NCBI RefSeq assembly: GCF_009914755.1
Contig: NC_060938.1
DNA from: the human T2T-CHM13v2.0 reference genome, Homo sapiens
DNA length: 64,000 bases
Reading direction: 5' to 3' (one strand)
The notes under the pieces are model-generated. The model did no database searches, was not told the DNA's origin, and worked only from the letters and a program-made list of their open reading frames with translations. Below, piece after piece: positions 55,101-64,000 of the stretch. Each line of letters starts with the position of its first letter. Positions within the stretch are counted from its first letter, which is position 1. A program made the translations under genes and the position numbers.

Positions 55101-58100
55101 TCACAGAATGCTTCTTTCTAGCTTGTAGGGGAAGATATTCCCTTTATCACCATGGGCCTCCAACCATCCGAAACATCCACTTCCATATACTACAAAAAGA
55201 GCGTTTCAAACCTGCTCTATGAAAGGCAATGTTCAACTCTGTGACTTGAATGCAGACATCACAGAGCAGTTTCTGAGAATGCTTCTGTCTAGATTTTATA
55301 GGAAGATATTCCCGTTTCCAACGAAATCTTCACAGCTATCCAAATATCCACTTGCAGATTCTACAAAAAGAGTGTATCAAAACTGCTCTGTCAAAAGGAA
55401 GGTTCTTTTCTGTTAGGTGAGTGCATACGTCATAAAGGAGTTTCTGAGAATGTTTCTGTCTAGTGGTTATGGGAAGATATTTGCTTTTTCACCGTAGGCC
55501 TCAGAGCGCTCCAAATATCCACTTGCACATACTACAAAAAGAGTGCCTCAAAGCTGCTCTCTGAAACGGAATGTTCAACTCTATGAGTTGAATGCAAACA
55601 TCGCAAAGACGTTTCTGAGAATGCTTCTGTCTAGATTTGATATGAAGATATTCCCGTTTCCAACGAAATCTTCAAATCTATCCAAATGTCCACTTGCAGA
55701 TTCAACAAAAAGTGTTTTTCAGAACTGCTCTATCAAAAGAAAGATCCACCTCTGTTAGCTGAGTTCAGACATCACAAACAAGTTTATGAGAATGCTTCTG
55801 TATAGTTTTTATTTGAAGATATTTCCTTTCTCACCATAGACCTGAAAGCTGTCCTAATGTTCACTTCCAGTTACTACAGAAAGAGTGTTTCAAAACTGCT
55901 GTACGAAAGGGAATGTTCAACTCTGTGACTTGAATGCACACATCACAAAGAAGTTTCTGAGGATGCTGCTGTCTACTTTTTATACTTAATCCCGTTTCCA
56001 ACGAAATCCTCCAAGCTATCCAAATATCCACTTGCAGATTCCACAGAAAGACTGTTTCAAAACTGCTCTGTCAATAGAAAGGTTCAACTCTGTTAGCTGC
56101 GTGCATATATCCCAAAGAAGATTCTGAGATTGCTTCTGTCTAGTTTTTATGGGAAGATATTTCCCTTTTCACCGTAGGCGTCAAGGCGCTCCAAATGTCC
56201 ACTTCCAGATACTACAAAAAGAGTGTTTCAAACCTACTCTGTGAAAGGGAATATTCAACTCTGTGACTTGAATGCACATATCACAAGGAAGTTTCTGAGA
56301 ATGCTTCTGTCGAGATTTTATATGAAGATATTCCCGTTTCCAACGAAATCCTGAAATGTATCCAAATATCCCCTCGCAGATTCTACAAAAAGAGTGTTTC
56401 AAAACTGCTCTGTAAAAAGAAAGGTTCAACTCTGTTAGTTGAGTACACACATCACAAACAAGTTTCACAGAATGCTTCTTTCTAGCTTGTAGGGGAAGAT
56501 ATTCCCTTTATCACCATGGGCCTCCAACCGTCCGAAACATCCACTTCCATATACTACAAAAAGAGCGTTTCAAACCTGCTCTATGAAAGGCAATGTTCAA
56601 CTCTGTGACTTGAATGCAGACATCACAGAGCAGTTTCTGAGAATGCTTCTGTCTAGATTTTATAGGAAGATATTCCCGTTTCCAACGAAATCTTCACAGC
56701 TATCCAAATATCCACTTGCAGATTCTACAAAAAGAGTGTATCAAATCTGCTCTGTCAAAAGGAAGGTTCTTCTCTGTTAGGTGAGTGCATACGTCATAAA
56801 GGAGTTTCTGAGAATGTTTCTGTCTAGTGGTTATGGGAAGATATTTGCTTTTTCACCGTAGGCCTCAGAGCGCTCCAAATATCCACTTGCACATACTACA
56901 AAAAGAGTGCTTCAAAGCTGGTCTCTGAAACGGAATGTTCAACTCTATGAGTTGAATGCAAACATCACAAAGACGTTTCTGAGAATGCTTCTGTCTAGAT
57001 TTGATATGAAGATATTCCCGTTTCCAACGAAATCTTCAAATCTATCCAAATGTCCACTTGCAGATTCAACAAAAAGTGTTTTTCAGAACTGCTCTATCAA
57101 AAGAAAGATCCACCTCTGTTATCTGAGTTCACACATCACAAACAAGTTTATGAGAATGCTTCTGTCTAGTTTTTATTTGAAGATATTTCCTTTCTCACCA
57201 TAGAGCTGAAAGCTGTCCTAATGTTCACTTCCAGATACTACAGAAAGAGTGTTTCAAAACTGCTGTACGAAAGGGAATGCTCAACTCTGTGACTTGAATG
57301 CACACATCACAAAGAAGTTTCTGAGGATGCTGCTGGCTACTTTTTATACGTAATCCCGTTTCCAACGAAATCCTCCAAGCTATCCAAATATCCACTTGCA
57401 GATTCCACAGAAAGACTGTTTCAAAACTGCTCTGTCAATAGAAAGGTTCAACTCTGTTAGCTGCGTGCATATATCCCAAAGAAGATTCTGAGATTGCTTC
57501 TGTCTAGTTTTTATGGGAAGATATTTCCCTTTTCACCGTAGGTGTCAAGGCGCTCCAAATGTCCACTTCCAGATACTACAAAAAGAGTGTTTCAAACCTA
57601 CTCTGTGAAAGGGAATATTCAACTCTGTGACTTGAATGCACATATCACAAAGAAGTTTCTGAGAATGCTTCTGTCGAGATTTTATATGAAGATATTCCCG
57701 TTTCCAACGAAATCCTGAAATGTATCCAAATATCCCCTCGCAGATTCTACAAAAAGAGTGTTTCAAAACTGCTCTGTGAAAAGAAAGGTTCAACTCTGTT
57801 AGTTGAGTACACACATCACAAACAAGTTTCACAGAATGCTTCTTTCTAGCTTGTAGGGGAAGATATTCCCTTTATCACCATGGGCCTCCAACCGTCCGAA
57901 ACATCCACTTCCATATACTACAAAAAGAGCGTTTCAAACCTGCTCTATGAAAGGCAATGTTCAACTCTGTGACTTGAATGCAGACATCACAGAGCAGTTT
58001 CTGAGAATGCTTCTGTCTAGATTTTATAGGAAGATATTCCCGTTTCCAACGAAATCTTCACAGCTATCCAAATATCCACTTGCAGATTCTACAAAAAGAG

Positions 58101-61100
58101 TGTATCAAAACTGCTCTGTCAAAAGGAAGGTTCTTTTCTGTTAGGTGAGTGCATACGTCATAAAGGAGTTTCTGAGAATGTTTCTGTCTAGTGGTTATGG
58201 GAAGATATTTGCTTTTTCACCGTAGGCCTCAGAGCGCTCCAAATATCCACTTGCACATACTATAAAAAGAGTGCCTCAAAGCTGCTCTCTGAAACGGAAT
58301 GTTCAACTCTATGAGTTGAATGCAAACATCGCAAAGACGTTTCTGAGAATGCTTCTGTCTAGATTTGATATGAAGATATTCCCGTTTCCAACGAAATCTT
58401 CAAATCTATCCAAATGTCCACTTGCAGATTCAACAAAAAGTGTTTTTCAGAACTGCTCTATCAAAAGAAAGATCCACCTCTGTTAGCTGAGTTCAGACAT
58501 CACAAACAAGTTTATGAGAATGCTTCTGTCTAGTTTTTATTTGAAGATATTTCCTTTCTCACCATAGACCTGAAAGCTGTCCTAATGTTCACTTCCAGTT
58601 ACTACAGAAAGAGTGTTTCAAAACTGCTGTACGAAAGGGAATGTTCAACTCGGTGACTTGAATGCACACATCACAAAGAAGTTTCTGAGGATGCTGCTGT
58701 CTACTTTTTATACTTAATCCCGTTTCCAACGAAATCCTCCAAGCTATCCAAATATCCACTTGCAGATTCCACAGAAAGACTGTTTCAAAACTGCTCTGTC
58801 AATAGAAAGGTTCAACTCTGTTAGCTGCATGCATATATCCCAAAGAAGATTCTGAGATTGCTTCTGTCTAGTTTTTATGGGAAGATATTTCCCTTTTCAC
58901 CGTAGGTGTCAAGGCGCTCCAAATGTCCACTTCCAGATACTACAAAAAGAGTGTTTCAAACCTACTCTGTGAAAGGGAATATTCAACTCTGTGACTTGAA
59001 TGCACATATCACAAGGAAGTTTCTGAGAATGCTTCTGTCGAGATTTTATATGAAGATATTCCCGTTTCCAACGAAATCCTGAAATGTATCCAAATATCCC
59101 CTCTCAGATTCTACAAAAAGAGTGTTTCAAAACTGCTCTGTAAAAAGAAAGGTTCAACTCTGTTAGTTGAGTACACACATCACAAACAAGTTTCACAGAA
59201 TGCTTCTTTCTAGCTTGTAGGGGAAGATATTCCCTTTATCACCATGGGCCTCCAACCGTCCGAAACATCCACTTCCATATACTACAAAAAGAGCGTTTCA
59301 AACCTGCTCTATGAAAGGCAATGTTCAACTCTGTGACTTGAATGCAGACATCACAGAGCAGTTTCTGAGAATGCTTCTGTCTAGATTTTATAGGAAGATA
59401 TTCCCGTTTCCAACGAAATCTTCACAGCTATCCAAATATCCACTTGCAGATTCTACAAAAAGAGTGTATCAAATCTGCTCTGTCAAAAGGAAGGTTCTTC
59501 TCTGTTAGGTGAGTGCATACGTCATAAAGGAGTTTCTGAGAATGTTTCTGTCTAGTGGTTATGGGAAGATATTTGCTTTTTCCCCGTAGGCCTCAGAGCG
59601 CTCCAAATATCCACTTGCACATACTACAAAAAGAGTGCTTCAAAGCTGTTCTCTGAAACGGAATGTTCAACTCTATGAGTTGAATGCAAACATCACAAAG
59701 ACGTTTCTGAGAATGCTTCTGTCTAGATTTGATATGAAGATATTCCCGTTTCCAACGAAATCTTCAAATCTATCCAAATGTCCACTTGCAGATTCAACAA
59801 AAAGTGTTTTTCAGAACTGCTCTATCAAAAGAAAGATCCACCTCTGTTAGCTGAGTTCACACATCACAAACAAGTTTATGAGAATGCTTCTGTCTAGTTT
59901 TTATTTGAAGATATTTCCTTTCTCACCATAGAGCTGAAAGCTGTCCTAATGTTCACTTCCAGATACTACAGAAAGAGTGTTTCAAAACTGCTGTACGAAA
60001 GGGAATGTTCAACTCTGTGACTTGAATGCACACATCACAAAGAAGTTTCTGAGGATGCTGCTGTCTACTTTTTATACGTAATCCCGTTTCCAACGAAATC
60101 CTCCAAGCTATCCAAATATCCACTTGCAGATTCCACAGAAAGACTGTTTCAAAACTGCTCTGTCAATAGAAAGGTTCAACTCTGTTAGCTGCGTGCATAT
60201 ATCCCAAAGAAGATTCTCAGATTGCTTCTGTCTAGTTTTTATGGGAAGATATTTCCCTTTTCACCGTAGGTGTCAAGGCGCTCCAAATGTCCACTTCCAG
60301 ATACTACAAAAAGAGTGTTTCAAACCTACTCTGTGAAAGGGAATATTCAACTCTGTGACTTGAATGCACATATCACAAAGAAGTTTCTGAGAATGCTTCT
60401 GTCGAGATTTTATATGAAGATATTCCCGTTTCCAACGAAATCCTGAAATGTATCCAAATATCCCCTCGCAGATTCTACAAAAAGAGTGTTTCAAAACTGC
60501 TCTGTAAAAAGAAAGGTTCAACTCTGTTAGTTGAGTACACACATCACAAACAAGTTTCACAGAATGCTTCTTTCTAGCTTGTAGGGGAAGATATTCCCTT
60601 TATCACCATGGGCCTCAAACCGTCTGAAACGTCCACTTCCATATACTACAAAAAGAGCATTGCAAACCTGCTCTATGAAAGGCAATGTTCTACTCTGTGA
60701 CTTGAATGCAGACATCACAGAGCAGTTTCTGAGAATGCTTCTGTCTAGATTTTTTAGGAAGATATTCCCGTTTCCAACGAAATCTTCACAGCTATCCAAA
60801 TATCCACTTGCAGATTCTACAAAAAGAGTGTATCAAAACTGCTCTGTCAAAAGGAAGGTTCTTCTCTGTTAGGTGAGTGCATACGTCATAAAGGAGTTTC
60901 TGAGAATGTTTCTGTCTAGTGGTTATGGGAAGATATTTGCTTTTTCCCCGTAGGCCTCAGGGCGCTCCAAATGTCCACTTGCACATGCTACAAAAAGAGT
61001 GCTTCAAAGCTGCTCTCTGAAAGGGAATGTTCAACTCTATGAGTTGAATGCAAACATCACAAAGACGTTTCTGAGAATGCTTCTGTCTAGATTTGATATG

Positions 61101-61107
61101 AAGATAT

Positions 61108-61124
61108 TCCCGTTTCCAACGAAG
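61108..61124 (-). promoter_or_regulatory. Variant CENP-B box (CTTCGTTGGAAACGGGA), still consensus-matching
   Basis: A>G at 61124 gives TCCCGTTTCCAACGAAG. It is the only box variant I noticed in the window. Confidence 0.85.
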
Positions 61125-64000
61125 TCTTCAAATCTATCCAAATGTCCACTTGCAGATTCAACCAAAAGTGTTTTTCAGAACTGCTCTATCAAAAGAAAGA
61201 TCCACCTCTGTTAGCTGAGTTCAGACATCACAAACAAGTTTATGAGAATGCTTCTGTCTAGTTTTTATTTGAAGATATTTCCTTTCTCACCATAGACCTG
61301 AAAGCTGTCCTAATGTTCACTTCCAGATACTACAGAAAGAGTGTTTCAAAACTGCTGTACGAAAGGGAATGTTCAACTCTGTGACTTGAATGCACACATC
61401 ACAAAGAAGTTTCTGAGGATGCTGCTGTCTACTTTTTATACGTAATCCCGTTTCCAACGAAATCCTCCAAGCTATCCAAATATCCACTTGCAGATTCCAC
61501 AGAAAGACTGTTTCAAAACTGCTCTGTCAATAGAAAGGTTCAACTCTGTTAGCTGCGTGCATATATCCCAAAGAAGATTCTCAGATTGCTTCTGTCTAGT
61601 TTTTATGGGAAGATATTTCCCTTTTCACCGTAGGCGTCAAGGCGCTCCAAATGTCCACTTCCAGATACTACAAAAAGAGTGTTTCAAACCTACTCTGTGA
61701 AAGGGAATATTCAACTCTGTGACTTGAATGCACATATCACAAAGAAGTTTCTGAGAATGCTTCTGTCGAGATTTTATATGAAGATATTCCCGTTTCCAAC
61801 GAAATGCTGAAATCTATCCAAATATCCCCTCGCAGATTCTACAAAAAGAGTGTTTCAAAACTGCTCTGTGAAAAGAAAGGTTCAACTCTGTTAGTTGAGT
61901 ACACACATCACAAACAAGTTTCAAAGAATGCTTCTTTCTAGCTTGTAGGGGAAGATATTCCCTTTATCACCATGGGCCTCCAACCGTCCGAAACATCCAC
62001 TTCCATATACTACAAAAAGAGCGTTTCAAACCTGCTCTATGAAAGGCAATGTTCAACTCTGTGACTTGAATGCAGACATCACAGAGCAGTTTCTGAGAAT
62101 GCTTCTGTCTAGATTTTATAGGAAGATATTCCCGTTTCCAACGAAATCTTCACAGCTATCCAAATATCCACTTGCAGATTCTACAAAAAGAGTGTATCAA
62201 AACTGCTCTGTCAAAAGGAAGGTTCTTCTCTGTTAGGTGAGTGCATACGTCATAAAGGAGTTTCTGAGAATGTTTCTGTCTAGTGGTTATGGGAAGATAT
62301 TTGCTTTTTCACCGTAGGCCTCAGAGCGCTCCAAATATCCACTTGCACATACTACAAAAAGAGTGCTTCAAAGCTGCTCTCTGAAACGGAATGTTCAACT
62401 CTATGAGTTGAATGCAAACATCACAAAGACGTTTCTGAGAATGCTTCTGTCTAGATTTGATATGAAGATATTCCCGTTTCCAACGAAATCTTCAAATCTA
62501 TCCAAATGTCCACTTGCAGATTCAACAAAAAGTGTTTTTCAGAACTGCTCTATCAAAAGAAAGATCCACCTCTGTTAGCTGAGTTCACACATCACAAACA
62601 AGTTTATGAGAATGCTTCTGTCTAGTTTTTATTTGAAGATATTTCCTTTCTCACCATAGAGCTGAAAGCTGTCCTAATGTTCACTTCCAGATACTACAGA
62701 AAGAGTGTTTCAAAACTGCTGTACGAAAGGGAATGTTCAACTCTGTGACTTGAATGCACACATCACAAAGAAGTTTCTGAGGATGCTGCTGTCTACTTTT
62801 TATACGTAATCCCGTTTCCAACGAAATCCTCCAAGCTATCCAAATATCCACTTGCAGATTCCACAGAAAGACTGTTTCAAAACTGCTCTGTCAATAGAAA
62901 GGTTCAACTCTGTTAGCTGCATGCATATATCCCAAAGAAGATTCTGAGATTGCTTCTGTCTAGTTTTTATGGGAAGATATTTCCCTTTTCACCGTAGGCG
63001 TCAAGGCGCTCCAAATGTCCACTTCCAGATACTACAAAAAGAGTGTTTCAAACCTACTCTGTGAAAGGGAATATTCAACTCTGTGACTTGAATGCACATA
63101 TCACAAGGAAGTTTCTGAGAATGCTTCTGTCGAGATTTTATATGAAGATATTCCCGTTTCCAACGAAATCCTGAAATGTATCCAAATATCCCCTTGCAGA
63201 TTCTACAAAAAGAGTGTTTCAAAACTGCTCTGTAAAAAGAAAGGTTCAACTCTGTTAGTTGAGTACACACATCACAAACAAGTTTCACACAATGCTTCTT
63301 TCTAGCTTGTAGGGGAAGATATTCCCTTTATCACCATGGGCCTCAAACCGTCCGATAAGTCCACTTCCATATACTACAAAAAGAGCGTTTCAAACCTGCT
63401 CTATGAAAGGCAATGTTCAACTCTGTGACTTGAATGCAGACATCACAGAGCAGTTTCTGAGAATGCTTCTGTCTAGATTTTATAGGAAGATATTCCCGTT
63501 TCCAACGAAATCTTCACAGCTATCCAAATATCCACTTGCAGATTCTACAAAAAGAGTGTATCAAAACTGCTCTGTCAAAAGGAAGGTTCTTTTCTGTTAG
63601 GTGAGTGCATACGTCATAAAGGAGTTTCTGAGAATGTTTCTGTCTAGTGGTTATGGGAAGATATTTGCTTTTTCACCGTAGGCCTCAGAGCACTCCAAAT
63701 ATCCACTTGCACATACTACAAAAAGAGTGCCTCAAAGCTGCTCTCTGAAACGGAATGTTCAACTCTATGAGTTGAATGCAAACATCGCAAAGACGTTTCT
63801 GAGAATGCTTCTGTCTAGATTTGATATGAAGATATTCCCGTTTCCAACGAAATCTTCAAATCTATCCAAATGTCCACTTGCAGATTCAACAAAAAGTGTT
63901 TTTCAGAACTGCTCTATCAAAAGAAAGATCCACCTCTGTTAGCTGAGTTCACACATCACAAACAAGTTTATGAGAATGCTTCTGTCTAGTTTTTATTTGA

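Larger units (their letters stand above)
1..64000 (-). repeat. Centromeric alpha-satellite higher-order repeat array: 8 x ~171-bp monomers, 1364-bp HOR, ~47 copies, extending beyond both window edges
   Basis: Typical alphoid motifs (GTTCAACTCTGTGACTTGAATGCA, GTTTCTGAGAATGCTTCTGTCTAG, TCCACTTGCAGATTC) recur every ~171 bp. A marker ATGAAAGGCAATG recurs at 675, 2039, 3403 ... 63403 (47 positions; the one at 15670 reads AGG), spaced 1364, 1363 or 1362 bp. Copies differ only by scattered SNPs and 1-bp deletions. CENP-B boxes read on the minus strand throughout. Confidence 0.99.

Noticed and set aside
56907-61700. Unique or extended ORFs (98 aa at 56907; 70-80 aa at 60124, 60557, 60660, 61488)
   Set aside because: Each results from a point change removing a stop or creating an alternative start (e.g. 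57122, 60218, 60662). This is no evidence of coding function.
82-63852. Regularly spaced identical 17-bp motif resembling a CRISPR repeat
   Set aside because: It is the CENP-B box. The intervening ~325-bp segments are homologous repeats, not unique spacers, and there are no cas genes.
675-63942. Repeated 65-, 71-, 92/95- and 122-aa ORFs on both strands
   Set aside because: They are chance reading frames in alpha satellite recurring once per HOR. They appear and disappear with single SNPs or indels (e.g. ATG>AGG at 15671), resemble each other because monomers are homologous, and show no recognisable domain. I used them only as haplotype markers.
1-64000. Exact phase coincidence at round offsets (1 versus 60001; 8854 versus 38854) suggesting an artificial or tiled sequence
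   Set aside because: Arithmetic coincidence: 44 x 1364 - 16 deletions = 60,000 and 22 x 1364 - 8 = 30,000. The in-phase copies differ in sequence.
1-64000. Hidden insertion (L1, Alu, viral or synthetic) or inversion
   Set aside because: Marker spacing accounts for every base, and all CENP-B boxes have the same orientation, leaving no room for non-alphoid sequence.

Overview
The whole window is one uninterrupted, single-orientation array of primate (almost certainly human) centromeric alpha satellite. It contains about 47 tandem copies of an 8-monomer, 1364-bp higher-order repeat (HOR), with a CENP-B box in every second monomer (about 188 boxes, none seen disrupted) and A-type (pJalpha-like) boxes in the alternate monomers. 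The dimeric structure and box context point to suprachromosomal family 2. The 8-mer/1364-bp size best fits the live chr14/22 array (D14Z9/D22Z1); this assignment is from memory and unverified. I found no genes, RNA genes, transposons, CRISPR arrays, inversions or monomer-level structural variants, and all listed ORFs are repeat artefacts. I found no new biological system. The structure worth noting lies in the SNP/indel haplotypes of the HOR copies: an alternating two-HOR (16-mer) super-period, nested 1-, 2-, 3- and 9-HOR-offset duplications, two 1-bp-deletion lineages confined to particular domains, mosaic copies, one clearly divergent tract near 60.6-61.3 kb, and CpG loss that spares the CENP-B boxes. 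All variants were read by eye and need confirmation by alignment. HOR copies are numbered 1-47 with copy 1 = 1..1364, and offsets refer to that frame.
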